A DNA stretch of 64,000 nucleotides from positions 568,088 to 632,087 of the forward strand of contig BCKQ01000004.1 in assembly GCA_001600695.1 (NCBI GenBank). Direction: 5' to 3'. A program made the translations under genes and the position numbers. This document shows, in pieces, positions 34,343-44,650 of this stretch; within the stretch, counting starts at the first letter, position 1; the number at the start of each line of letters is the position of its first letter. Under the pieces are notes generated by a model. The model saw only the letters and a program-made list of their open reading frames with translations, made no database searches and was not told where the DNA came from. Origin of the DNA: Ascoidea asiatica JCM 7603. Taxonomy: Eukaryota; Fungi; Ascomycota.

Positions 34343-37336
34343 ATGGTAAAATCTTATCCAAGATATGAACAAGAGAATTGTTTTGGCTTAATTACTTCAA
34401 ATAGTAATTCAATTTGGCAATCTTATAAAAATAAAAAATTAAAACCATTTGGAAAATTAATAACTTCAGGTTTAGAATATTTATTAATTTGGGATATTAA
34501 AACTGGTGAATTAATAACAAAATTATATGATGGTATAAATTTAGGTTCTTATGATTCTTCAAATTTAAAACCTCCTGCAGAAATAACTTATTTACAATTA
34601 AATTCAAATAATAATATTATTGCTGTTGGTTATAATAATGGTGATATAAAAATTTGGGATTTAACTTCAAATACTGTTTTAATTAATTTTCAAGGTCATA
34701 AATCTGCAATAACATTATTAATATTCGATAAATCTGGTACAAGATTATGTTCAGGTTCAAAAGATACTAATATCATCATCTGGGATCTTGTAGCTGAAGA
34801 AGGTTTATTCAAATTAAGAAGTCATAAAGATCAAATCACTGGTCTTTCTTTCATCAATACTAATAATCAAAATAATCAAGATAATGATAATCAAGATAAT
34901 GATATTGATGATCAATTAGAAGATTACTTAATATCAACTTCAAAAGATGGTCTCATAAAATTATGGGATTTAAAAATTAAACAATGTATTGAAACTCATA
35001 TAGCTCATATAAATGAATGTACTTCTTTACAATTATTTAATTCATTCGCAATAACTTCTGGTAATGAAAATAATGAAAATACTTTAAAAATTTGGAATAT
35101 AAATTTATCAAATGATCATTCAAATACCAATACAAATACTAATAACAATAATAATAATAATAACAAATTATCAATATCTGAAGATTTCAATTTATTAAAA
35201 AAAAGTAATTCAAAAACTTTAAATATCTCATTTAAAAAAATTTCTGAAAATTTAATATTTTTTTTCATTCAAAATTCTGATAAAACTTTAGAAATTTTTA
35301 GAATTCGTAATAATGATGAACTTGAAAAATTTATAAATAAAAAATTAAATAAATTAATTAAATTAAATAAAAATTTAACAAATGATGAAATTATTGAAAA
35401 AAAAAAATTAATTAAATTAGAAAATAAATTTATACCTGTAACTATAATTAGATCAATTTCAAAAATTAAATCTGCTTCTTGGTCAAATAATTCTTCTTCA
35501 ACAAATCTTCAAATTTCTTTATCTTTAAATAATAATTCTATAGAATATTATCAAATTAATTTACCTGAAAAAATTTCTCAAATTTCTATAACTAATATTA
35601 AAAATATTTTACCAAATAAAATTCATTATATTCATCTTCAAGGTCATAGAAATGATATAAGATCAATGGATTTAAGTAATGATAATAAATTATTAGCAAC
35701 TGCTTCTGATGGTTTATTAAAAATTTGGAATATTAAAACTTTTAATTGTATAAGAACTTTTAATTGTGGTTATGCTTTATGTTGTAAAATTTTACCAGGT
35801 GGTACTTTAGTTGTTTTAGGTACAAAATCTGGTGAAATTCAATTATTTGATTTAACAACTTCTGAATTAATTCATTCAATTCAAGCTCATAATGATTCAA
35901 TTTGGTCTTTAGATTTAACTTCAAATGGTAAAACTTTAATAACAGGTTCTGCAGATAAATCAATAAAATTTTGGGATTTTATTATTAAAAATGAAATTAT
36001 ACCAGGTACTGAAAATTCAATACCAAAATTAAATTTAATTCATAATAAAGAATTACAATTAGATGATGATATTTTATCTTTGAAATTATCTCCTGATAAT
36101 AAATATTTAGCTGTTTCTTTATTAGATAATACAATCAAAGTATTTTTATTCGATACTCTTAAATTTTATTTAAGTTTATATGGTCATAAATTACCTGTAT
36201 TATCAATAGATATTTCATTTGATTCAAAATTAATTATAACTTCATCTGCTGATAAAAATATTAAAATTTGGGGTTTAGATTTTGGTGATTGTCATAAATC
36301 ACTTTTTGCTCATCAAGATTCTATAATGTCTGTAAAATTTATTTCACATACTCATAATTTTTTTTCAGCTTCAAAAGATGGGTTTGTTAAATATTGGGAT
36401 GGTGATAAATTTTCTTGTATTCAAAAATTTCCTGCTCATCAATCTGAAGTTTGGGCTTTAGCTGTTTCAAATGATGGAAGATTTGTTGTTTCAACTTCTC
36501 ATGATCATAGTATTAGAACTTGGCGTGAAACTGAAGATCAAGTATTTTTAGAAGAAGAAAAAGAAAAAGAAATTGATGAACAATATGAATCAACTTTATT
36601 AAATTCTTTACAAAATGATCAATCTGAAAAAATTCAAAATGATGATAATGATGATGAAAATCAAGATCAAGTTTCAAGAGTTGGAAAACAAACAACTGAA
36701 ACTTTAAAAGCTGGTGAAAAATTAATTGAAGCTTTACAAATTGGAATTAAAGATTTAAATGAACAAGAAGAATATATTAAACAATATAAAATTTGGAAGA
36801 AAAATAAACTTATTCAAAAACCAATAAAACCGGCTAGAAATACTTTATTAGTCGCTCTTGGAGATATTTCTGCTCCTGATTATGTTCTTTCAGTTATTCA
36901 AAAAATTAAACCTGCTCAACTTGAAGATGCTTTATTGGTTTTACCCTTTTCTTTTTCAACAGATCTTTTGAAATTTATGGAAATATGGACTTCTCTTAGT
37001 CATGAAGGAATTGAGAAAAATGAAAATAAAAATTATTTAATCAATAATGTATCTCTTTTATGTAAAATATTGTTTTTTATTATAAGAAATAATCATAATG
37101 AATTAGTAAGTCAAAAAAATGAAGGGCTTAAAAATCAATTAATCAATGTCAAAGACCAGCTAAGATTCTATCTTAATAAAAATTGTGATGAATTGGGTTT
37201 TAATATTCAAGGACTAAAATTCATTGTTCGAGAATGGGAGGCAAAACATAATACTGAATTCATAGATGAGTTTGAACAACAAAAATATGAAGAAAAAACA
37301 TCAAAGAAAAGAGTTTTCAACACTGTTTCTGGCTAA
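34343..37336 (+). CDS. DIP2: SSU processome WD40 protein Dip2/Utp12
   Basis: MVKSY.RYE, tandem WD40 repeats, LYGHKLPVLSIDISFDS, LEDALLVLPF. RRPE-like AATTTTTCA at 34226 upstream. Confidence 0.96.
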   Translation: MVKSYPRYEQENCFGLITSNSNSIWQSYKNKKLKPFGKLITSGLEYLLIWDIKTGELITKLYDGINLGSYDSSNLKPPAEITYLQLNSNNNIIAVGYNNGDIKIWDLTSNTVLINFQGHKSAITLLIFDKSGTRLCSGSKDTNIIIWDLVAEEGLFKLRSHKDQITGLSFINTNNQNNQDNDNQDNDIDDQLEDYLISTSKDGLIKLWDLKIKQCIETHIAHINECTSLQLFNSFAITSGNENNENTLKIWNINLSNDHSNTNTNTNNNNNNNNKLSISEDFNLLKKSNSKTLNISFKKISENLIFFFIQNSDKTLEIFRIRNNDELEKFINKKLNKLIKLNKNLTNDEIIEKKKLIKLENKFIPVTIIRSISKIKSASWSNNSSSTNLQISLSLNNNSIEYYQINLPEKISQISITNIKNILPNKIHYIHLQGHRNDIRSMDLSNDNKLLATASDGLLKIWNIKTFNCIRTFNCGYALCCKILPGGTLVVLGTKSGEIQLFDLTTSELIHSIQAHNDSIWSLDLTSNGKTLITGSADKSIKFWDFIIKNEIIPGTENSIPKLNLIHNKELQLDDDILSLKLSPDNKYLAVSLLDNTIKVFLFDTLKFYLSLYGHKLPVLSIDISFDSKLIITSSADKNIKIWGLDFGDCHKSLFAHQDSIMSVKFISHTHNFFSASKDGFVKYWDGDKFSCIQKFPAHQSEVWALAVSNDGRFVVSTSHDHSIRTWRETEDQVFLEEEKEKEIDEQYESTLLNSLQNDQSEKIQNDDNDDENQDQVSRVGKQTTETLKAGEKLIEALQIGIKDLNEQEEYIKQYKIWKKNKLIQKPIKPARNTLLVALGDISAPDYVLSVIQKIKPAQLEDALLVLPFSFSTDLLKFMEIWTSLSHEGIEKNENKNYLINNVSLLCKILFFIIRNNHNELVSQKNEGLKNQLINVKDQLRFYLNKNCDELGFNIQGLKFIVREWEAKHNTEFIDEFEQQKYEEKTSKKRVFNTVSG

Positions 37337-37545
37337 TTTGTAAAAAAATCATAATTATTGTGAAAAGTCACCACACTTTTATAGAAATGCATATATTTTT
37401 TTTTTCAAAAATTCATTTATCTAGGCTTTATTTGTACATTTATTTTCAATTGAGTATATGTAGTGTATGTATGTATAAGAATAGAGAAATAATGGTATTT
37501 TAGAATGTAATGTTTTTTGTTGAAAATTGATAAAAAAGAAATGAC

Positions 37546-40500
37546 TTATAGGTGATTCTCGTACCTTATAACTGAAGAGGACTCTACATTATGACTTACT
37601 ATTTCATCACCCCAAACTGCTTTGATTACATCCCAAAATTCTTCAACATAATGTATTTCAAGTCCTAATTTTTCTTTGATATAGATTTCTGGTTCTTGAA
37701 ATACATTTGAGTTATGAATATTTTCTTCTTCAAATTTCAAAATTTTAACCAATTTATCGTTGATAAAGTTTTGTTTCGATGTTAAAGTATTGGTTTTATC
37801 AACAGTATATTTAGAATCAATATTTTGCAAATATTCTTGAATAACATCCATTCTATTTGATCTTGGTAATAATACTTTTTTTACTTTTCCAGTCAAATGT
37901 GCACCTAGAAGTTTTTCTCTTACACCCCCAATTGGGAGAACTAGTCCTCTCAAAGTTATTTCCCCTGTCATTGCAAAAGTATTATCAACAGGTTTTTCAA
38001 GAAGTAATGATAATAAAGAAAGAGTTATAGTAATACCAGCACTTGGTCCATCTTTAGAAATTGCTCCTTCTGGAACATGTAAATGAATTTGAGAACTATT
38101 CATTTTCTTTAAAGCTTTTTCTGTGTCAATATTAATTCCTGTGACAAGTTTTTGAGATAAAATATATTTAACTAGGGTGACTCCAATTTTTATACTTTCA
38201 GTTAATACATCTCCTAATTTACCAGTTGTTATAAGTGAATAACTATCAGAAGGAACTGCAAGACTTTCAAATAATAAAGTAGAACCAGATCCACTTGAAT
38301 TATAACTTAAGCCATTAACAGATCCATATTTTTGTGTAATTTTTGAGAAAGGTAATTGATTCCTTTGAGAAGCTGAATATGAATGTTGAAGACCAAGATA
38401 TTTAACTAAATCATTATCAGTGACAATCCCGGAATATTCAGTTTTCTCTTCATTTACGGAATGACTATATTCAATTGCTTTTCCTCTACATAAAGCACTT
38501 ATTTGTCTTTCAAGATTTCTAACACCTGCTTCGGGATGAACAAAATCAACAATTAATTTCATCATTGTTTCTTTTGAAAGTTTAACAGAGTCTATAGGAA
38601 GTCCATTTTTTAATATTTGCTTTGGTAAAATATGATTAATGGCAATCTTAACTTTGTCAAAATAACTGTAACCAGTAATTTCAATAACTTCCATTCTATC
38701 TCTTAATGCAGGATGTAAAGAACCTAAATCATTAGCTGTACAAAGAAATAGAACTTGAGATAAATCAATTGGAAAACCTACATAATGATCAGTGAATGTT
38801 GAATTTTGTTCGGGATCTAAAACTTCTAATAAAGCAGCAGATGGATCACCATTTGGTCTTCCAGAGCTATTATTTCCTCCACTTACTTTATCAATTTCAT
38901 CAAGTAAAATAACTGGATTTAAAGTTTGACATTTTCTTAATGCAGATATTATTACACCAGGCATTGCACCAACATAAGTTCTTCTATGACCTCTAATTTC
39001 AGATTCATTACTAATACCACCTAAAGATATCCTTTGAAATTTTCTTTTCAAAGTTTTTGCAACTGATTTTGCAAGTGAAGTTTTACCAACACCAGGTGGG
39101 CCATAAAGACAAATAATTGGAGCAGTTGATTTATTTTTTTTTATATTAATAAGATTTTCAGAAGGTTGAATAAATTTTTTTGTAGAAATTATAGAATTTG
39201 AACCTAAAACTATTTCATCGATTAATTTTTTATTTAGATCAATTGAATTTGATTTCACTAAAGATTTTTCATTTTTAGAATTATTTTTTTCAATGTTGTT
39301 TTTGTCTTTAGTAATAGAATTATTATTTTGAATTAAATTTAAAATTGCAAGGTATTCAATTAATCTTTTTTTAACATGAGATAAACCGTAATGATCTAAA
39401 TCTAATTGATATTGAGCAATATTTAAATCAATTTGAAATTGATTTGAGAATGAATTCCAAGGTAAATCAGTAATCAATTTAATATAATTTAATAAAGTTT
39501 CATATTCCATTGAAGATTTTGATTCAGACATTCTAAAAAATCTTTGAAAATCTCTAATTAATAATTTTATACCATCTGGATGAATTAAAATTTTTTTATT
39601 TTTTAAATCATTATAAAATTTTTGTAAATTTTGAAATTCTTCATCATTTTCATTTTCATTATCGTTGTTATTGTTGTTATTATTATTAGTTATATTATTT
39701 CCAATGAAATTTTTTCTATTTAAAATTAATTTACTGTTTTTATTATTAGTATTATTTTTATTATTATTATCATTAATTGATAATTGTTTTCTAAAATTAT
39801 TTAATAAAACAGTTGAATATGAGAAATTATTGAGAAGTAACTTAAATTTTTCAATATTTGTTGAATTATTAATAAAATTATTTAAAATAAAATTTTCATT
39901 TAAATTATAATTTTTAAATAAATTTTGAAATAAATTATTTAAATTATTTAATAAGTTGATTAAATTTTTAAAATTTATTAATAAATTAAATTGTTTTAAA
40001 TAATTGAATTTGAATTTTATTGAAATTGGTAATATAGAAATTAATAAATCAAAAATAGTTTCAAAATTATATAATTGATTATTATTTAAATTTAAGAATA
40101 TAATTTTTTTTAATTTTTTCAAATTTAAAGATAATTGAATATTTTTATTATTTAATTGATGATTTAAAATTGAAGCAATTGGAGATAAAACTAATAAAGA
40201 ATTTGAATTTAAAGTATCATTATTAGTATTTTTTGAAGAATAGGATGATAAAGAATCTGAATATAATTTAAGGAATTTTAATTGAGATTGATAAAAGAGA
40301 TTAAAAGTTTTAATAAAGGATTGAATTTTTTCAAATAATAATAAGTTTGAATTGATATTATTATAATGAATATTATTTAAAATTTGGTTATTAGAGTTAG
40401 TTGAATTTGATTCAAATTTTGATCTTGATAAGGCTTTTATTGTTAATATTAAAGAATTTGAATTATTTGAATTTAAGATTTGGAAACCCGAGCCTGAACC

Positions 40501-41166
40501 CAAACTTGAATTTGAATTTGAGCTTGAATTTGGAATTGTATTTGAATTTGAGATATCTAATATTCTACAAACTGTTGAGATTGAGTAATCTTTATCATGA
40601 TTGGTATCATTATCATCATTATTGTTGGAATTGGATAGTAAATTTGAATTGAAAAGAGATAATAACAACCAAGGTTCATTTATGAATAAATCATTTGAAT
40701 TTAAATTATTTTGAATATTAATTTTATTAATTAATAAATAATTTTTTTTAAAAATCGAAATATCTTCTTTAGTTTTATTTGATAGTTTAAAATTTGATAA
40801 AGTTTTATTATTTTTATTATTTTTATTATTTTTATTATTGATTAAGATATTTTTGAAAATTTTTAAAAAAATAGATTCATCTTCAATTTCATCATCATTA
40901 TCTTCATTATTAATATCATTTTGATCTTTTTGATTAAAATAATCGAGAAATAAATCAGAATAATTTAGTATTAAATTATATATAATTTCTTTTTTAACTG
41001 ATAATCTATAAATTGTTCCAGGTAATAGAACTAAATCTTTCGAGAAATCCGATAATGAATTTATATCATAAGTTAATAACGATAATAAATTTTCTGAATA
41101 ATTTTTATTATTTAAATTTTTAAAATCTTGAGAACTATTTGAGGAATTTTTAAAGAAAAAAGACAT
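37546..41166 (-). CDS. Lon protease, peroxisomal type (Pln/LonP2-like)
   Basis: DHYGL..VK.R, GPPGVGKTS, RGHRRTYVGAMPG, LLDEIDK, HVPEGAISKDGPSAG, MTGEITLRG. N-terminal LVLLPG, no mitochondrial presequence, C-terminal NHL. Confidence 0.88.
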   Translation of the reverse strand: MSFFFKNSSNSSQDFKNLNNKNYSENLLSLLTYDINSLSDFSKDLVLLPGTIYRLSVKKEIIYNLILNYSDLFLDYFNQKDQNDINNEDNDDEIEDESIFLKIFKNILINNKNNKNNKNNKTLSNFKLSNKTKEDISIFKKNYLLINKINIQNNLNSNDLFINEPWLLLSLFNSNLLSNSNNNDDNDTNHDKDYSISTVCRILDISNSNTIPNSSSNSNSSLGSGSGFQILNSNNSNSLILTIKALSRSKFESNSTNSNNQILNNIHYNNINSNLLLFEKIQSFIKTFNLFYQSQLKFLKLYSDSLSSYSSKNTNNDTLNSNSLLVLSPIASILNHQLNNKNIQLSLNLKKLKKIIFLNLNNNQLYNFETIFDLLISILPISIKFKFNYLKQFNLLINFKNLINLLNNLNNLFQNLFKNYNLNENFILNNFINNSTNIEKFKLLLNNFSYSTVLLNNFRKQLSINDNNNKNNTNNKNSKLILNRKNFIGNNITNNNNNNNNDNENENDEEFQNLQKFYNDLKNKKILIHPDGIKLLIRDFQRFFRMSESKSSMEYETLLNYIKLITDLPWNSFSNQFQIDLNIAQYQLDLDHYGLSHVKKRLIEYLAILNLIQNNNSITKDKNNIEKNNSKNEKSLVKSNSIDLNKKLIDEIVLGSNSIISTKKFIQPSENLINIKKNKSTAPIICLYGPPGVGKTSLAKSVAKTLKRKFQRISLGGISNESEIRGHRRTYVGAMPGVIISALRKCQTLNPVILLDEIDKVSGGNNSSGRPNGDPSAALLEVLDPEQNSTFTDHYVGFPIDLSQVLFLCTANDLGSLHPALRDRMEVIEITGYSYFDKVKIAINHILPKQILKNGLPIDSVKLSKETMMKLIVDFVHPEAGVRNLERQISALCRGKAIEYSHSVNEEKTEYSGIVTDNDLVKYLGLQHSYSASQRNQLPFSKITQKYGSVNGLSYNSSGSGSTLLFESLAVPSDSYSLITTGKLGDVLTESIKIGVTLVKYILSQKLVTGINIDTEKALKKMNSSQIHLHVPEGAISKDGPSAGITITLSLLSLLLEKPVDNTFAMTGEITLRGLVLPIGGVREKLLGAHLTGKVKKVLLPRSNRMDVIQEYLQNIDSKYTVDKTNTLTSKQNFINDKLVKILKFEEENIHNSNVFQEPEIYIKEKLGLEIHYVEEFWDVIKAVWGDEIVSHNVESSSVIRYENHL

Positions 41167-41770
41167 TTCTTATAATTATTGGAAAAAGAAATAATTGATT
41201 GGGATTTATGAATCGCAATTGAGATTGAATATGATGAATAAAATGAATAAGATGAATATAAATGTAATGATAGATGAAAGAAAGAAGAAATAAAAGAAGA
41301 ATTAAAAAGGGTAAAAAAGGGTTAAAAGTGGAAATGGATCATTATTTATGTTTATAGTCAATCTCCAGTGGCCAATCGCCAATCAATGGCATCTTATCAA
41401 AATACCCCGTAAAAAGCATTAGTAATTTAAGCACTGGAACTGGAAGTGGAAATACTGGAGCAGAATTCCGCAAACAGGCATCTTTACCCACTGGAGGAGA
41501 ACAAGGCACGTGCTAAAGCTACTTCCGGCTTAAATGCGCGCATTTTGAACTGAGCATTTCTATCACGCGATACCACAACGCATTATGCAATTGCGTTGTG
41601 GCGCTGCATAAACAATTTATTTACGACCGTTCTGGTCATGTGAGTAACTTGCTAACCCTCGGTCGTTCTTGATTGCTGACGTTATTGCTGACGTCAGCCG
41701 TTTACGTAGGAGAGTTTCGTTTCAGCAGTTGCAACAGCAATATTTAGTGATAATAATAATACTTCAATAA

Positions 41771-44650
41771 ATGTATCAATTGAATCAAATATATCAATTA
41801 GAAGAAGATCAAGAAGATTATTATCAAAAGAATATAGAAACAACATTGCAAAGAGTTTATAGCTGCTTTGATTATCTATGGAAACATCATATCTTTCAAA
41901 ATTCAACTTCAGAATTAAATCAAATAATGTCTGATATAGATATAAATGTAAATAATAATTCTTCATTTTTATCAAAAGATTTATTAGTTAATTCATTTTC
42001 ACCATCAATTTCAATAATTTCTTCAATAAATGCTGATAAGTTTTCAAATATCAAAGGTTATGATTCTTTTTATCATTTAATTAGACCTTTTGGCTTTAAT
42101 TTAAAAAATACTTTTAATATTAAAAATATTGATTTAGTTTCTTCAATTTATAATTCTTTCTCAATTAGATTTCAAAGATCAATTATTGATATTTTAAACT
42201 TACAACAAGATACAAAATTAAATAATAAACAAAATTTCAATCATGAATTATTTAATTATATTTCTCTTAATCAATTATTATCCAATTATAATAAAAATAT
42301 AATATCAAATCAAAATGATGATGATAATGATAATAATAATGAAAATCAAATTGAAAATTTAATAAATTTAAAACATTCAATTTTCCTAAATTTTTATTCA
42401 AAAATTATCTCAAATCATTTGATTTTACCCTTTGAAACTTTTAATCATCCAATTATACATTTATTAGTATTAACTTCAAATGATACAATAGATTCAATAA
42501 ATATTCTATTATCTGAAAATCTATTATCAAATAAAAATAATAACCATCATAATAATAGCTTATCAAGGTCTTTATCACAAACTTCTCTAAAGTCAAATTA
42601 CAACATAAATGTAAATTCAAATTCAAGTTCAAATTCCAATTCAAATCCAAATTCAATTGAAATTCAAAATCTAATACCAAATTATTTAAATTTAAATGAT
42701 GATGATTCTTTAATTGCTTTCATAATAATTAATGATTCGAATAATTCAAATGATTTATTAAATTGTAAAAAATTGCAAAAAAATTTAAAATTAACTTTTA
42801 ATTATTCTTCTTCAATATTACCTTTATCTTCAAACCCCCCAGAATCTTCTAAACCTTCAATTGATACTTCAATTATTAATAAAAATAAAGTTTTAAATGA
42901 TTCTTTTTATTCAAATTTTTATACTTCAATTAATGAAAATATTCAATCACTTCAATTTGAAAAATTAAATTTATCACCAAATTCCAAGGTAAATTCAAAA
43001 ATAAATTCTAATTCAATGAATAAACTTTCAAAAATTGATAAAGATTCAATAAATTCAACTTTAATTGAACTTGTGAAATTTACTTTAATCCCATTCATGG
43101 AAAAAAAAATCTCAACTTGGGATGATCAATATGTTTCTCCAAGAAAATCTTTTGCAAATAGAATATTTAAAGTTTCAAGGAATTATTTCTCAACGACTTC
43201 TCCAATCTCACGATCTTCTTCTCTTAATACCAATTCTTTTTTCAATTTTATCAATAAATCTTCTCCAAATATAGATAATTTAACTTCTCATAATAGTAAT
43301 ACTCATAATAATAATGGAAAATTGGACTTAGATTCAAATAATTTAGATTATAATTCTTTACATGGTTACTATAATCATTTTTCTTCAACTGCAAAATTAA
43401 GAAAATTAGCTGATTGGTCTTTTATGCTTAGAAATTATAAATATTCTCATCAAACTTATGAATTAATTAAAAAAGATTTTTTGAATGATAAAGCTTGGGT
43501 TTATTTAGCTTCTTCTCAAGAAATGTCTGTGATTTCATTATTATTAGACACTATAAAATCTTCAATATCTTATAAATTTTCTGCTACAAATCCATTACCA
43601 AATTCTATTTCAAATTTTACTTCAAGTTTTAATCCAATATCTCCAATATCCCCAAGTTCAAGTTCAATTAGTACAAATTCAAGTTTAAAATCCCCAACTT
43701 CAATATCAACATCAAATTCTAATTTTAATTCTAGTTCTATCAATACTATTACTAATAATAATCCATATAATTCAATTTCAACTACAATTAAATTGAAACA
43801 TGAAGCAATTGACTCAATGGTTGAATCTTCAATTTATTCATATATTTCAAGATGTAATTTAAAATCATATCCTTTGAGATTATTAATAATAATCTCAGAA
43901 TTATTAAATTGTTTAAAAATTAATAATTATTCAAATTTATATTCTAATTTTCTACCTTCAAAAAATAATAATTTATTAGTCAATTCAATTTATTCAATAA
44001 AATATTTAAATAAGGCAATTGATTCAAATTTATTTAATTTTTTAAATGAAGAAAATAAAGAAAATAGAATTATTAGAGCAATTTTATTTGAAAGAATAAG
44101 TTATAGTTATTCAATTTATTTTATAAATCATATTAAATTTCAATTAATCCTAAAAAATAATATGTATAATAAAAATAATGGTTTAATACCATTTAATACA
44201 ATAATAAATGAATATAAAGATAAAGAATTAATTGAATATTTGAAAAAACAACTTATTATTGGAAAAATTTCAAAAAAAAATAAAAATTTTATCAAAGATA
44301 AAAATCAAGAAAAGGATAAAGAGATTAATGAAGATATTATTAATCCAAATAAAATCAAAAGAGAAAATTCAAGATTTACTGGATTAACAAGATTTAGAAA
44401 ATTTGGATTTGTAATGTTATTAGCAACAAAAGAATGGAAATCAATAGAAGATTATTCTCAAGTTGAATTAAATATAAAATTATTACTTTTAACTATTTAT
44501 AATATTGAAAAAAACATTGGATATGATGGAAAAAGATACGATGAATTTTTAATTAGAAATAATAGTCTTTTAAGGCAATTTATTGAAATAATTGAAGAAA
44601 AAAATAAAAAACTTGAATATAAAGTTTCAAAAAAAGAGGAGATAATATAA
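41771..44650 (+). CDS. TRS85: TRAPPIII-specific subunit Trs85 (start may be ATG 41927)
   Basis: SFSPSISIISS, PFETFNHP, LIPFMEKKISTWDDQ, LRKLADWSFMLRNY...KKDFLNDKAW. Confidence 0.88.
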   Translation: MYQLNQIYQLEEDQEDYYQKNIETTLQRVYSCFDYLWKHHIFQNSTSELNQIMSDIDINVNNNSSFLSKDLLVNSFSPSISIISSINADKFSNIKGYDSFYHLIRPFGFNLKNTFNIKNIDLVSSIYNSFSIRFQRSIIDILNLQQDTKLNNKQNFNHELFNYISLNQLLSNYNKNIISNQNDDDNDNNNENQIENLINLKHSIFLNFYSKIISNHLILPFETFNHPIIHLLVLTSNDTIDSINILLSENLLSNKNNNHHNNSLSRSLSQTSLKSNYNINVNSNSSSNSNSNPNSIEIQNLIPNYLNLNDDDSLIAFIIINDSNNSNDLLNCKKLQKNLKLTFNYSSSILPLSSNPPESSKPSIDTSIINKNKVLNDSFYSNFYTSINENIQSLQFEKLNLSPNSKVNSKINSNSMNKLSKIDKDSINSTLIELVKFTLIPFMEKKISTWDDQYVSPRKSFANRIFKVSRNYFSTTSPISRSSSLNTNSFFNFINKSSPNIDNLTSHNSNTHNNNGKLDLDSNNLDYNSLHGYYNHFSSTAKLRKLADWSFMLRNYKYSHQTYELIKKDFLNDKAWVYLASSQEMSVISLLLDTIKSSISYKFSATNPLPNSISNFTSSFNPISPISPSSSSISTNSSLKSPTSISTSNSNFNSSSINTITNNNPYNSISTTIKLKHEAIDSMVESSIYSYISRCNLKSYPLRLLIIISELLNCLKINNYSNLYSNFLPSKNNNLLVNSIYSIKYLNKAIDSNLFNFLNEENKENRIIRAILFERISYSYSIYFINHIKFQLILKNNMYNKNNGLIPFNTIINEYKDKELIEYLKKQLIIGKISKKNKNFIKDKNQEKDKEINEDIINPNKIKRENSRFTGLTRFRKFGFVMLLATKEWKSIEDYSQVELNIKLLLLTIYNIEKNIGYDGKRYDEFLIRNNSLLRQFIEIIEEKNKKLEYKVSKKEEII

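Noticed and set aside
642-41166. Peroxisomal gene cluster (CAT2, CYB2-like, Lon)
   Set aside because: The genes are 10-23 kb apart with unrelated genes between them, which is consistent with chance.
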